Shown here: positions 32,351-47,959 of the stretch, in pieces | Numbering within the stretch: the stretch's first letter is position 1 | How the letters are laid out: every line of letters begins with the position of its first letter | Assembly: GCF_009914755.1 (NCBI RefSeq) | Contig: NC_060932.1 | DNA from: the human T2T-CHM13v2.0 reference genome, Homo sapiens | Length of the DNA: 64,000 nt | Reading direction: 5' to 3' (one strand) | Notes under the pieces: model-generated | Told to the model about the DNA's origin: nothing | Databases searched by the model: none | What the model saw: only the letters and a program-made list of their open reading frames with translations | Made by a program: the position numbers and the translations under genes

Positions 32351-32499
32351 ATTCATTTTCCCCAGTACTAAGACAAGACCCTTCTTAGTATTCTAATAAA
32401 TTCCCTATGTATTATGAGGGTTTTCATTCTCATTCTTGATGACTCTTACAAAGTCTGCTCGACTGTGGTATATGTCAAATCCACTGGCTTGCCATTAGC

Positions 32500-32962
32500 C
32501 AAAGAAACAACTAATCCCATCAAAAGTTGGCAAATGACACTCATAGATGTTTCTCATGAGAAGATATAAAAATGGCCAACACACAGGAAACATCACTAAT
32601 CATCAGGGAAATGCAAATTGAAACCACAGTGAGATACCGCTTTACTTCTGCCAAGAATGGCCATTATTAAAAAGTCAAAAAACTGTAGATGTTGGCATGG
32701 ATGTGGTAAAAAGGGAATACTTATTCACTGCTGATGAGAATGTAAATTAGTACAATCTCTATGGAAAACAGTACAGAGATTTCTTAAAGAACTAAAAGTA
32801 GATCCACCATTCAAGCCCATTACTGGGCATCTACTCAAAGGAAAATAAGTCATTGTATCAAAAAGACTCCTGTGCATATGTTTATTGCAGTACAATTCAC
32901 AGTTGCAAAGATATGAACCAACCTAAGTGACCATCAACCAATGAGTGGATAATGAAAATGTT
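32500..32962 (+). mobile_element. L1PB-like ORF2 3' fragment lacking 3'UTR and poly(A)
   Basis: CATCACTAATCATCAGGGAAATGCAAATT, GATGTTGGCATGGATGTGGTAAAAAGGGAA. Confidence 0.8.
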
Positions 32963-33259
32963 ACATAATTGAAAATCTAATTCAACATATACACCTAGAT
33001 TAAACAGGAGAGTCATTTAATGCAACGCTAACTTTGAACCTTCAGTATATCATTGCGGTTTCTTGTAATGATGTCCATGAGTTACCAATAATTTTTGTTT
33101 TAATTTGTTTATATTTCGGTAATAATTTTAATAATTTTATGTAAGCTTATTCATAATTTTAGTAGAAATCTTGAATCATACTATTATTAGGAGAGTTCAG
33201 AGTGCACATTTATATGCATGTTTCCACAATTTCAATAATAAGAGATAGAGGCAGAAAAC

Positions 33260-33500
33260 AAACAATGTATTTGGGCACCCATGTTCTTCCAAGCACTGTG
33301 TAGAACTCTTATATTTGTTCCTTCTTTTCATCCTCACAGCAACTCTTTATGGTAGGTATTATTAACTGTTTGATGGATAAGAAACTTGAGTTTTACAAAA
33401 GTTAAGTTGGTCATAATTCAAATTTTTGGGAAATGGTGAAGCAGGACTTAGAGCTCATGTCTGTCTGACCTGAGCCCTTGATCTTACCTGCCATGACATG
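33260..33500 (-). mobile_element. MIR
   Basis: TCATCCTCACAGCAACTCT..GGTAGGTATTATTA..GATAAGAAACT. Confidence 0.65.
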
Positions 33501-35209
33501 ATGCCACCACAGCAATCAGAGAGGGAAGCGGAGTCAGCAGCTACATATAATCAGCAATGTACACCCACAACAGTCCTTCCTTACTCATTCATACATGTTG
33601 GCCATTAAGAAAATGAGATCACTTTGGATGAGAAAAAGTCGAGACTCTGGGCTCATGGCAACTCATGATTCTCCTCTGAAGAAAAATCCAAATTTGATAT
33701 TCACACTTTCTGATTTACTAGCACTGAAAGTAATGGTCTGGTCAAAGCAGTAATTTGGAATTAGTTCCTTGATTAATGACAAAAATATTATGAAAAAATT
33801 AAATGTTCTATATAAGAAGAGCATTTAATGGAAGATTCTCAAAAGAAATGATTGCTCACAATCAATCATTTTAACTTAATCTAGTTGCACCAATTGTCCT
33901 TACTATTAAAAACAAATTAAGCATAAAGCCTAATAATCCTTTGTGTAGTTTGTCCATAGTACAGTTTGTCCTAAATGTCCTTATGGACATTTGTTGTTTC
34001 CAGTTACTTGCAGTAATAAATAATGCTTCCTTTGTATCAGCTTTTGCTACAAAAGTGCAAAGTGAATATATAACTACAACTAATTTAACTACAACTCGAT
34101 GAATATTTAAAAGGTCACCAATTGTTTATAGTCCTTAAGGCCCAGCTTTGGAACTTATACACTGTCACTTCCAATCGCATGCTAATATTCAAACAAGCCT
34201 CCTAGTCAAGCCCATGGTCAGGCCCATTGTCAAAGGTGGAGAACTGCTCCACTCATGATGGAGTCATGTGGACACGGGGAAGGCTGAAGTGTTAGGGTGA
34301 GTTACCTAGCCTTGGGTAACATTTTGTCAAAGTGTGTTTGAAATATATTTCTGGAAGTGGGACAGCTGGGACAAAAATTAAGTGCACATGTAATTTTCTT
34401 AGATATTACTAAATTCTTCTATTGAAATATTTTTAATTTCTACAGGCAATAGATGCGATTGTTTTTTCACAGCCTGTCTTGTCAGCCAGTATAGTTTTAA
34501 CTTTTATTTCTCTTCATAAGAGTAAAATTAATAATCCTTTTATGTATTTAAAGTCATTTACATTCCTTTTTTGCGTGAACACTTTGTGTCTCTGGCCCTA
34601 CTTAAAAAATTCATAAGTTTTTGGCCTTTTACTTATTTATCTTAAAAGTTTTTTATATAATAAAGAAAAGGACCAGTTTCTTCATAATATACATGGCAAA
34701 TATCCTTTCCAGGTTTTTTACTTGGTTTACTGCATTTTGTCATACACAGGTTTTAAATTTTTATTTAATCCAATTTATTATTTTCCTTATTTCTGCTGGA
34801 TACTGAGGTATAGTTGGGAAATTTTTCCCCATTAGTGAATGGAGAAAAACTTCACCCATATTGTCTTCTCATACTTATATAAGTTTAATTCTTTTTTTTA
34901 GAGTTTAATTCTCACCCTTAAATTTTTTATAAATTTATAATTTATTCTGTTTTAAATAATACAATATTAACTTTTAAAAAATGTCTATCCAGTTATCATA
35001 CTTGAGATGCTGCTTTTTAAAAATATTACTAAAAGTCATATGCAATCAGATCTATTTCTAAATTTTCTACTATGTTCCATTGGTATGTCTGCCTTTTCAA
35101 GTGCCAGAACAAGCTTTTCATTATAGAGGCTTTACGTTTAAATGTCTGATGAGCTAGTTCATCCAATACTTATAATGCTTATTTATTTCTGTTCAGAATT
35201 CACTGTTTA

Positions 35210-36115
35210 TTTGCATTCGTTATCCATTATGGTTATATAACAATTACCACAAACAACTTTGGGAGGCCGAAGTGGGCGGATCATGAGGTCAGGAGATTGA
35301 GACCATCCTGGCTAACACAGTGAAATCTTGTCTCTACTAAAAATACAAAAATTAGCCCGGTGTGGTGGTGGGCACCTGTAGTCCCAGCTACTCAGGAGGC
35401 TGAGGCAGGAGAATGGCGGGAACCCGGGAGGCGGAGCTTGCAGTGAGCCTAGATTGTGGCATTGCACTCCAGTCTGGGCAACAGAGTGAGACTCCATCTC
35501 TAAAACTATATATAAATAATATATATAATACTATATATACTATATATAGTAATAATATACTATATAATATAAAATAAAAAAATAAAATTACCACAAACTT
35601 GCTGGCTTAAAACAACATATATTATTTTCTGCAGTTTCTGTGGTCAGAAATCTGGGCATGGCTTAGCTCAGTCCTCTGCATATGGTCTTACAAGGCTACA
35701 GTTTAGGTACTGCCTGGGCTGCATTCTCATCTGGAGTCTTGACTGGGGAGGAATCTGCTTCCACTCTCACTCCAGTTTTGACAGCATTCATTTCTTTGTT
35801 TGTAGGACTGGAGGACCCTGACTTTTTACAGACTATTTCCTGGAGACTGCTTTCAGCAAGTAGGGGCCACCCACAGTTTCTAGAAGCATCTAGGAACATT
35901 TCCATGTGGTCTTTCCCAACATAACAATTTACTCTATCAACTTATCAAGGATACTGTTTAGAATATGTCTGCTAGACAGTCTTACATAATGAAACATAGT
36001 CATTCAGTGACATCCCATCATCCTTGCTTCATCATTTTGTTCAGAAGCAAATCACAATTCTCACCCACACTCAAGGGGGAAGATCATACAAAGGCATGAA
36101 CATAAGGAGGCTTGG
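35210..36115 (-). mobile_element. MLT1E/F-like LTR split by an Alu
   Basis: AACAATTACCACAAACTT..GGCTTAAAACAACA, GGCTTAGCT, TTCTCACCCACACTCAAGGGGGA. Confidence 0.7.
35255..35585 (+). mobile_element. 5'-truncated AluY/Sc8-like with (TA)-rich tail
   Basis: Starts at ACTTTGGGAGG; TSD AATTACCACAAAC at 35242-35254 and 35586-35598. Confidence 0.88.
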
Positions 36116-37972
36116 ACAGCAGAGTACTTACCTCCAGAAAAAGGTAGCATTTTTATCAGACTTGTTTTAAATTTATAAATTAACTTGAAAAGATCAATTT
36201 TTTAAAGAGTATTACATTTTTCTGTCAAAATACAGAGTATATTTTCTTCAAGTCATATTTTTTAAACTTTCAAAAGCATTTTATAATTTATTGTATATAA
36301 TTTTGAGCATTTCTTCTTAATTTATCTATAAATATTTTATTTTATTTATTTTTAATTTTATTTACTATCTACAATGGGTATTTCTTTCCATTATAATTTC
36401 TAATTGTTCTTTTTATGTATATACATGACATCTACTGATTTCGTTGGTTAATTCTATTTTACGCTTCTCTTCTAAAAGTTGGCTATAGGTTTTGGTAGTT
36501 TTTATACTACTTCTTTTAGATTTTCCCAAATACACAATCATAGCTTCTATAAAAAGAGATAGTTTTACCTTTTCAATTCCAACTTTTATGCCTCTAATTG
36601 CATTCTTTTTTTCTAATTTCATTGGCTAGTACTTCAACGATAGTGTTAAAAGTAATAGAGATTATAGCCATCTTTTTAGTTCACGACTTTAATGAGACTG
36701 AATTTAATGTTTCCTCCATTAGGTAAGATGACTGTATCTTAATTTTATCATTAAATATTCCTGAATTCTTGTCTCATTGAATATTTTAAATATAAATGTG
36801 TTCAATTTTTTCAAAATACTATTCTATATCTAATAAAGTTTTTCTCCATAGCTCTATTAATATGATGGATTATATTAATGAGTTTCTTAAGGTTAAGCCA
36901 TCTTTAATTACTGGAATAAATCACCCTTGGTCATCATGCATTGTTTGTTAATGTGCTAATAAGTTATGTTTGCAAATATTTTATTTAACATTTTGCATCA
37001 ACATTTAGAATTTAGACTTTTCTCTAGATTCCTTTTATTGTATAATGTTTATCAAATTTGTGGATCATATTTTCCTTCAAAACTAATTTTAAAATTTTTG
37101 TTTTTCTTTTTAATAGCATTGGGTTTAAATGTGAGCTTTAAAGATTTAGAAAAATTCTCCTGCGAAACTATCTGGAGCTGGTGCTTTTCATGAGAAACCC
37201 TAACTATATTATCTACTGCTCATAAATATTAAGGTTTTTAGATTATGCCTTTACTGAGGTCAATTTCAGTTAATCGTATTTTCTGAAAATTATGTATTCC
37301 ATTTGGATTTTGCAAATTAATTACAATGATTTAAAAAATTTTTCTACTTTGATGGCTTTTATTTCTAACTTTGTATATTTATATTTACTCTTTTTCTCAT
37401 TTGGATTAGTTAGTTGGTTGTTTATCTATTTTTTGTTATTTTTATTGCTTTACAAAAGAACCAGCTTTTAGATTTATCTCTTTATGAGTTTCACTATATT
37501 TTTTTCTAACTCATTATAATCTGATTTAATCTTTATTAATTATTTCCTTTTGCTTTTTTAGTGGTTTTCTTTTGAACTTTCTGAGTTGAGTATTTATGTT
37601 ATTTTTTAATTTTTTGCTTTTTATTGATATAAATATGTTATACTATACAATCTCTGATAACTGCTTTATCTCATAGAGAGAACGTCATGCAATCATTATA
37701 ATCATTTTTCAGAAATTTTGAAACTTTATCTTCCTCTTTGAACTAAAAATTGTTTATAGCATATTTTTAATAAATTCTAGATAGAAGAGGATTTTAGCTA
37801 TTTTACTAGTTTAGTTTTATTGCACTGTTATAAGAGAATGCTGTTATTATTATTTCAATTTTTTAAGATTTATAGCGGTTTTACTTGGGAATTAAGATGT
37901 CTTTAGTTTTTGTAAATGCTCCATGTGTACTTTTTAAAAAAGCATCTGCCTTTTTGGTAGACTATATATATT

Positions 37973-38019
37973 GTACACATACACACACATGCACACACAC
38001 GCGCGCGCACACACACACA
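37973..38019. repeat. Alternating purine-pyrimidine (CA)n/(CG)n tract
   Basis: ACACACACGCGCGCGCACACAC. Confidence 0.9.
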
Positions 38020-38064
38020 GAGATTACTTTATTGGTTATGCATTTATCTTTATTTAGATCCTCC

Positions 38065-38570
38065 TAGAGCCAACTCCAAGATAAGGTTTTGTGTGTATGT
38101 AACCTATATACAAGATCATCCCTGGAAACAGGAGTGAAGGACTAGAAGGAGTGGATGAAGGAGAAATAATCAATGTAAGAATGTGTTATTGAAGGTGCTA
38201 CTTGAGGGAAATGGGGTTCAATGCTCACCAGCCTTCTTTGAGTATTTACAATGCCTCTTACAGTTGCATACTGCTGGGTGAGTGCTAATTAGCTGCAATG
38301 TTGAGGGTTACCCTTAGAGGCAGTGCTACCATGGAGTTAAGGAGGCAGTGCTTTTTGACTGTGCAGATGTGCTTGCACTGGGCTCTTACTAGCGTCTGGA
38401 TGTAGAATCCCTGGGGCAGAAAGTGAAATACATTTCAGATACATGCTTGAGGCAAGATAGTGTCAGCAGGAGTTGAGTCAAAGCCCATCTGGAACTGTGT
38501 ACCACCCATGTGACTGAAATTAGAGGGGAGATGGAGAGCTTTGAGTTGGGACACAAGTAGCATGAGAAAC
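38065..38570 (-). mobile_element. LTR16-family (ERVL) LTR remnant
   Basis: AGATAAGGTTTTGTGTG..GATCATCCCTGGAAACAGG..TGTGTTATTGAAG pattern. Confidence 0.5.
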
Positions 38571-38919
38571 AGCTGATTAAGTCTTAGATATACTTGCTAA
38601 TTTTTCGTCTGCTTCATCTGTGTTTGCTTAAGATATGTGTGTTAAAGTCTTCGGCTATTAGTCTATGTCTGTGTGTTTTCTCTTTTATCTCATTTAGACA
38701 GTGATTTATGAAATATGTTACTATATTATCAGGTAAGCAAATTCTAATGGCCCTAATTGCTTTATAGTAAATAGTTGCCTTTAGCACTATAAAGTGACTT
38801 TTAATACTTTTGGGTGTAAATTCTATCTTGTTAATTAATAAGATCGTGACCCTTTCTTTCCTTCTTTATTTTTATATTTTGCATTAGCCTAGTTTTGCTT
38901 TTTACTATTTTTGTATTTA

Positions 38920-39760
<841 letters not shown>

Positions 39761-40457
39761 TTAATTTTTAACCTTTTTGAATCTCTGTGCTTTAAGTATG
39801 CTTCTTATATATAACATAATATTGTATTTTGCTTTCTTAACTATTCTTAAAATATTTTCTTTTTAATAGGTAAACACATTAAATTTATTGACCTAATAAT
39901 ATGATGATATGTTTGGTTTCAGTTCAGATATTGCATCATATTATATATATGTGCATATAGCAATATTTAAATATGTAATAAATGTTATATGTTTGTATTG
40001 TTACATCTAAAATATATTTATTATAAATTATACATATTATTTGAATGTGTAATATATAATTATCTTTATATATTAAAGTCTCTCAGTATCTTAGTTATTT
40101 GCTCTCTTTTGATAAATATTTTATTATTTAGAAAGGTTTATTTGTTTGTGGTCATAATTATCTTTCCCTCATATTTTTACATCATACCTTAGTGTCTTCC
40201 TTTTCTTCATTATTGTATATTATTTTCCTCTATGACACCATTTAAGTTAGCTAGTACCCTCTTCTTTTTCTCAGCATCTAAATTGAAGTAACACTCTTTT
40301 ATGCCAAATACTGCATATGGTCACTAGCAAGTTTATTCTACTTTTCATATGCTTTCCCCATTTCCCCCCATTTTCAGATAATTGCACTGTATCTAAATTG
40401 TCAGAACACATAGCCATTACCTGCTATGCTGTCTCAGTTTAGCCATTATCTAGTCTA

Positions 40458-40520
40458 ACACACACATGCACACACACACACACACCCCTATATGTACACA
40501 CATATCAACACCTACACATC

Positions 40521-40555
<35 letters not shown>
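40458..40555. repeat. Compound (CA)n microsatellite
   Basis: Two CA runs with interruptions. Confidence 0.9.
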
Positions 40556-40557
<2 letters not shown>

Positions 40558-41565
40558 CTATATCCATCTCTCAAATACGAGCATGTGGGGATGGATCTCT
40601 CTGCTCTTGGGTCTCCTCCTTAACTCCATGGTAGTGTACTGATATTTAATTGGGTGGGCAAAACTATGAACATTTTCCCGATTTCAGAAATTTCTTCTCT
40701 GTATCAGGTTGCCCGGAGGATAACATTTCATTCTTGTCAATTAAGTTTAAGAGAATTCCTTCTAACCAACTAGGGTAAGAGCCCCTTTTTTTGTCCTCCC
40801 TCCTTAACTTAGGAGCTAAAATTCTCTATCACCTTGTGAAAAACCAGAGAAAGTCCTTTGATTCCTCACACTTGTTGTTCAAAGTATTCTGTTTCTTGCC
40901 TTTTTGTCTATAAAGTTGGATAACTTTTGGCTTACACTGGAACATCAGCTTCTTGCACGATTACTGTTTCAATTCAGTCATGGCCGTCATAATTGCTAAC
41001 TGCTAAACAAATCATGATTGTGACATCTGGATGCAATAAAGATTATGAAAGAAAGTAATGTAAAAGAGAGCTGGCAGACAAAAAAAAAGCAGTAGAATGT
41101 TTTACAGGAAGTGATAATTGATTTGGATATGAATGAAAATGAAAAACGTATATTTGCTGTTTCGTTAGAGAGAAACTGATGCTGGGCGGCTTAAAATCTA
41201 TTCTGGTGTAGAACTTTACTCCTTAGGGGAAAAAGTTCAGCTATGGAAAGAATCTTTAACGTGCCCTCATCAGACAGATGTGAATGCCAAGTCTTACTAC
41301 TGTTCATGACACAATCTCACTGTCCTATCGTGGGAACATCCAATTTAAACAATTTGCATATTTATTTTCTAAATAAGAGACCATTACTACGAAAAGCAAA
41401 ATTTTCTTGGTGCTGAGTGATAGGAAAATGTACAAAAATGTTGCTACATTCAAGCCATCATCTGTCCAATATAGCACTTGTCAAAATACGGAGCATAAAG
41501 AAAGTTCAGAAATAAAACCAGTTACCCTGTGTTTTATAGCTCACTGGATCAAATGGCTGTACTAT

Positions 41566-42370
41566 TGAAACAGGAAGAGTTCCCTTGTCCCCCTCTCAGG
41601 GCGCAAGATGTGGGTGTGGCTCGCTTCTTTGGTGCCCCACTACTCATACCTCTAGGGGAGCATGCAGACGGGCAGGCTGTGGGGCTCTGACCCCACAGCA
41701 GTGTCTAGGGGTGAATGTGTATAGCTGAAGCCCTGTGGGCGTGTGTTACAAGGTGCTCTTTTAGCTTAGCCATCCATAGGCGGCTTGTGTTAGTCAGCTC
41801 CATTAGACCCCTGCCTTATTGCAAGGACAGAAGGATTTCTGTAACCCGAGGTTCTTGCCTTGGTGTACCAGAAGAATCGGATCGCATGTGGGCTTGGAGA
41901 ATGAGTGCAAGGTTTTATTGAGTGGAAGTAGCTCTCAGCAGATTGGAGAGGAAGAAGGGAGATGGTTTTCCCTTGGAGTCAGGCTGCTCGGCGGCCCGGG
42001 CTCTCCTCTGACTGCCCCGGACAAACTCTGCGTTGTTCTGCCGGTAGGTGGCCTGCTGGCTTGCTGGTGCCTGCTGGTACGCTCCTCTCGACGTCCAGCT
42101 GCCTGTGTATCTGCCTGCTAGGGTCTGGGTGTTTCTATAGGCACAGGATGGGGGCATGGCAGGCCAGGGGAGGTCTTGGGAAATGCAACATTTGGGCAGC
42201 AAAACAAAAACTCCTGTCCTTGCATAGGTCAGAGGGCACAGGCCAAGGAGTGGAGCCCTAGCCAGGGATCCCCGTCCTCCTCTACTCATCACTTCCCTTC
42301 CCCCTTCCGTATCATTTAAAGGTACCACTCTCTTCCCTTCCCAGCACTTCCCTTCCCCGCTTCCATATCA
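41566..42370 (-). mobile_element. LTR1-family (HUERS-P2, ERV1) solo LTR
   Basis: Minus strand begins TGATATGGAAGCGGGGAAGGGAAGTGCTGGG, ends TTTCA; 4-bp TSD CTAT; GC-rich; source of several spurious ORFs. Confidence 0.8.
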
Positions 42371-43090
42371 CTATGAATTGTTTTCTTTACCACGGTCAAG
42401 GAATGCATACATATTTTTTAACCAGTAATGTGATTTACTTGAGAACCCCATTTCCAATAGTGATAAAGGGGACACAATGAGCTTAATTTGCAATAAGGGG
42501 GGTTTTCCTTTCGCTTCTAGGACAAAAGCCTCTGTCTGAACCAGATGAGGTAGATCGCACTCAAGTGTGGAAACACATTGCAGAATATGCTGGCTTCATT
42601 TCTCACCGCATAACACCTGGTAGGGTCCGGAGAACAATTTGTTCTCCAGCTTATTACTGTGGAAGCTAAACATTCCCATTTTGTTCTCACTGAATCCAGG
42701 ATGTATGGAAACTTAGGTTTGTAGCTAACGTAAGGTCTTTAGACATCGTTCTATTCACTAGGCAACGGACACACCTTCCAAGGTCTCTATGGAGCTGACT
42801 TTCCTAACTTACGTAGGACTTGCTGTTCTCTCTTATCTACTTTGGCATGCACTACAAAATGCTTTCATCGTTACTCTTTCATGAGTAATGCCTTCATTTG
42901 CTAGAAAGCTCACTGGGGGTAAAGAGTGTGGATTCTGTATGTTTCAAAACAGACTTCGGGTTTACGCTTTCAGTCATAATTTGGTCCCAGCAGTATTGCT
43001 TACTGGTTCTGTGTACTTGATCAAAGAGCCAGTGCTCTATTCAAGTTCACCAAATATCAAGCAATAGATGAGTTTCCATGCTACCTTTAG

Positions 43091-43537
<447 letters not shown>

Positions 43538-43819
43538 CTGCCAACCCATCTTATCATCACAATTACTTTATGATGAAGCTACTATTATTATCTTCCTTTC
43601 AGTGATGACACAGTGGCAACAAAGAGACTAAAGTGAGCTGGCATTGAACCCGGAGAGTCTACCCTTTTTGCTCTTGGCCACTATGCTAAACCACTGTGGG
43701 AAAGCACCATGCAGAGTGACTGGCACACAGAAAGTCTCCAACAAGCCTCTGTGTATCTCTCACAATAATAGTTTACAAGGTATGACTGAATTGATAGACA
43801 AAAAACCTGCAGGCTGAAG

Positions 43820-43980
43820 CATGGTATTTTTTAAAGTGTTGTCTGTGGGCTACACACATCAGAATCTTGGATTTGACTTCAAACCTACTGAATCAAAAAC
43901 TGCGGGGACTGAGGCACGGGAAGGCTCATGTTTTGACTATCTCTTCTGGCCAATGTTTTAAACACTAAAGCTTAAAGCCT
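43820..43980. mobile_element. MER5-like hAT remnant
   Basis: CATCAGAATC..ACCTACTGAATCAAAAACT..ACACTAAAG. Confidence 0.55.
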
Positions 43981-44763
43981 TTCGATGTGGTTAAAAAATT
44001 ATGAGCTGGACATCAAAACATCTAGGACATGAATAGCTCTGTACAATTTGCAATTTGCTTTTGCGTGTGTATGCAAAATAATGTCAAAAATATGTGCATA
44101 TTTTAAAAGTCATTTTAACATCTTAGAGTCAACTTCTAAGTATAGATTGCAATTAGTAAAATGGTTTGTGGTGGGAAAGAGGAAGTAAGCAATACTTTAT
44201 CAATAACCTTTTTTTTTTCTGCTGGATATAAGCTTTATGGAGTCAGTAACCAGTCTCTCTTACTCCCTGTGTCTTCTAGCCCACATATAACTGACATTTA
44301 ATGATAACTGTATAATTGAGGAAAAGGATTCCCTACAATGGGAAAGAGTTTTCCAAGCAATATCCAACCTAGCCATTGTACTTTTCCTGCCTAAAGTCAG
44401 ATAAGTCTATAAAATGCTTCTTATCAGGGCCAAACATTTTTATAATGGCTTCCACAGGCAGAAGGAATTTATCAGAGCAAGTTTACACTAAAAGACCTTT
44501 CAGAATGTCTGAATTCATCCAGACTTTTATAGTGCCAAATAATACAAATTAAAGGTAAATATGCACACTTACATGAAGAAATTCCACAAACTTCTGGTAA
44601 TTAGCTTATTAGCTCTGAGATAGAAAAGTGGCAGATCAGGTGTAAACCTGAAATGTGATGGTGCTGAATTAGGCAGAGAAAGAGAAAGAGGAGGGACCAT
44701 TCAGTCAAAAGGAAGAAGGTAGTGTCCTAGTAAATTTGTAAGAAGGGTTGGTAATTAACACCA

Positions 44764-45097
44764 TGATATGGTTTGGCTGTGTCCCCACCCAAATCTCCTC
44801 TTGAATTGTAGCTCCCATAATTCTTACAATGTTGTGGGAGGGACCCGGTGGGAGATAATTGAATCACGGGGGCAGTTTTCCCCATGCTGTTCTCGTGGTA
44901 GTGAATAAGTCTCACGAGATCTGATATTTTGTAAGGGGAAACCCTTTTCACGTGGTTTTCATTCTCGCCTGCTGCCGCCATGATTGTGAGGCTTCCCCAC
45001 CCACGTGGAAATGTGAGTCCATTAAACATCTTTTTTGTTATAAATTACCCCAGTCTTGGATATATCTTTATCAGCAGCGTGAAAGTGGACTGATACA
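44764..45097 (+). mobile_element. THE1A/B solo LTR
   Basis: TGATATGGTTTGGCTGTGTCCCCACCCAAATCTC...GATACA; TSD CACCA. Confidence 0.93.
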
Positions 45098-45639
45098 CAC
45101 CACATCTATATTATAGTTAGTCCTAAAGTTATATGGATTATAATTTGCTGTAAATATGAGCTTAGACCGGATGTATGCAGGAGCAGCTATTTATGTAACT
45201 TTAACCAACAAACTGCCATCTGCAACTCATCTTCTCATTAACCAAACCCATGGAACAGTGGAAAAGAAGGGGAGCTCACCAGCCTAGATAACTCGATTAT
45301 CCAAGCAACCCTGGTGATCCACAGGATGATGATAATACCCAAGATAGATGTGTCAAGTAAATATCTTTTGAAGAAGGGTACTTTTTTTGAAGAAAGGTCG
45401 ATAACTTGTTCAAGAACACAGCTAGTAAGGAAACAATATTTAAAAGAGGGAGTTCCTCACATGGGAGGGTGTCCTTTGGATCACAGTACAGTTTCTATTA
45501 ACAAGCAGCATGTTGTTACTGAGTGAGGCTCTCTCAATCTCAGCGTCCTGGTCTTTAAAGTGAGTGAAGTGGAATGGGTCAACTTTAACGTTCAGTGAGG
45601 ACGAATTCTATCCTATAGGGCTGGTCTCAGCACCCATTA

Positions 45640-45653
45640 CCAGCAGAGGGCGC
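45640..45653 (+). promoter_or_regulatory. Strong CTCF motif (forward orientation)
   Basis: CCAGCAGAGGGCGC matches the core CCASYAGRKGGCRS, with its CpG retained, in unique DNA. Confidence 0.75.
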
Positions 45654-47959
45654 CAGAGCCCTTTGAAAGTGGTTTTTTTTTTTTTTTTTTTTTTTTTTTG
45701 CCAGTCAGTCTTGGCATCAAATTTCTCAGCCTGCATGAATCATTATTGCTTGGGGGTGGGTGGAGGGAAGTGTCACGGAGTTATCTGACTCCCTCTTTCA
45801 CTTTCTTAAGGAGGGAGAAAAACCTCTTTTCATTAAATTGTAAGAGATATGCCGTCACAGCGTTACTTGTTAATCAAAACAGGTTTCCCAAATCCAAATG
45901 CAATTAAAGCCGAGTTTTTAGACCTTTATCTCCTTCCTCCTGGGTGTGTATCACCCTGTGGGAACTCCTGCTGGGAACACTGCTTTGGAAACACTAATAT
46001 GTGTTGCAGGCCCGTGAATATGGCACCAGAGAAGACGGAGGAGGGAAGCTGGCCTGTCAATTAAGCGAAAGGAATCTGAAACAGGAGAACAGACACAGTG
46101 GCGTTCTGCTGCAGGGACAGAAACCTCTGCCAGGGAGACTCGCCCCACACGCTAATAGCAGATTCAGTCTCTCCTGTGGTCTCGGTCGAAAGAATCGCTA
46201 ATCAAGAGCCACCAGCCAAATTCATGGAGAGAGTTTTTTTTTTTTTTTTTTTTTTTGGAGGGAGCTATTACAAAGCAGTGCTGACATAGTGTGAAGTGCA
46301 TGTCATAGGGTCTTAGAAAACATCACCAGCTGCATTCATTAATACTTAGGCCTAACTGGGACATTCCAGAGAGGTAAATTACTCCTTTGCAATTATTCTT
46401 GTAGTATTTTTCACCATGATGTTAGATATTTCTGACTCAAATGAGTATTTCTGGGAAGAATTGTTGTTTGCGGAAATAAAAATGTCAGCCTCTTCAATCT
46501 TTGCTCATTTGAAAACCTTTCTTATATGAAACTGAATTGAGAGAGGAAGACAGCAAAATTAAGGCATTTGCTCTGCTCAGGACCAACGTAGAGATAAGTT
46601 GCCCTTCGCATTACTATCACTTCTCTTCCAAAGGTTGGTTTTCAAGGGTAGTATGGGAGCAGGAAAAAAAAAAGTCATCTGCCCCAGTTTCGGGAACACG
46701 TAGGGGGCCCAGGGCAGTGGGATCTAATGTGAGACATGAAGGATGAGGCTGACTTAGCCAGGCATAGAGGGGTTTGGGACACATGTTCTGGACTAGAGGA
46801 AGCAACACCAGCAGGGCTTACAAGGGAGATTGTGCTCTCAGTATTTGGCCCACTTTTCTGGGAAGGTGATGCCACGGAGAATGAGCACTTGGCTATGAAT
46901 TAAATCAATTTAGTAACGTTTCCAATGTGAGGTATGAAAGAATTTGGTCAGGTAGAAATAGTGTATTCCAAATGAAGAACTGGACGTTGGATCAGGTCTA
47001 AAAAGAATTTTCTGCTGAGGTGAAATCTAGTGGGGGACAGGAGACTCAGAACTATTTCAAAACCCAAAGGACAATAAATATTCAACCCACATTTCTGTGC
47101 AATCTGATATAGAGAGTAGGAAGGAGAGAAAAGGAAGAACACGATCCTCAATTCAGTAGGTTTAACGGGGGCAATTTTCCCGCTTACCCGTAATGGCAGC
47201 CTATTTTCTACTTAACGTGTTTAACTTGAGATCTCTTGTTTTAGGTGTGAATGACAGTAGGATGCCCTTTGCCAAGCCTGGGGACTTAGGCCATGTTTTC
47301 TTGTAGCCTTAAACACTTGAACAGCTCACTAGAAAAGAAAAAGTCCAAATTTGAAATTCTTCCATTTCTTTCTATCTAAATTACCTGACTCCAGGGCATT
47401 GTGAATGCAGATGAAAGGGCACCATCACTAAAGGGATGTGATATAAGAAAGATCCAAAGAAAAGTCCCAGGAAATGGAGGCGTGTGCATCTCTGTGGTTG
47501 CTACTTTTGTGTTTGGAGTCTGAGGAACTGGCGTGGGATGGAGGTAGGGAGGGTAAGGGCCATCTTCTAGGGGTTTCTGGAGGGAAGGGGTTCTGGTAAT
47601 GTAAATTCCCTGGCTGTAGAGTTGAGTATTTGAGCTTTCATGGAATTATGGGTGTCCACAACTCAAATCCTACCTGTGGTAAAAGAAGAAATGAAAGCCC
47701 AGAGAGACTGAGAGGACAAAAGATTTTCCAGAACCTCTTTTTATGTCTCAACCATCGTTGTCACAATGAATCCCAAATGTATCATTCCTTGAGTTCTCCC
47801 TACACTCACAGCATGAAGGTCTTGTAGACACAAAGCTGTTTAATACACAGTCTCTTTAAGGGGGCACAGCACAGAACATTCATGAGAAAAGTATTCATGA
47901 GAGAAATAGGCTAGACACCATTCGATAGAAGGGATTTCGTCTTATTCATCCCAAATTCG

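Noticed and set aside
41715-42328. Cluster of overlapping GC-rich ORFs up to 137 aa
   Set aside because: All inside the LTR1 solo LTR; GC richness suppresses stops
46001-46201. 66-aa ORF after an acceptor-like TTGCAG
   Set aside because: Poor polypyrimidine tract, no donor, no recognisable protein similarity
46698-46711. Second forward CTCF-like motif CACGTAGGGGGCCC
   Set aside because: Mismatches in the 5' core; too weak to call
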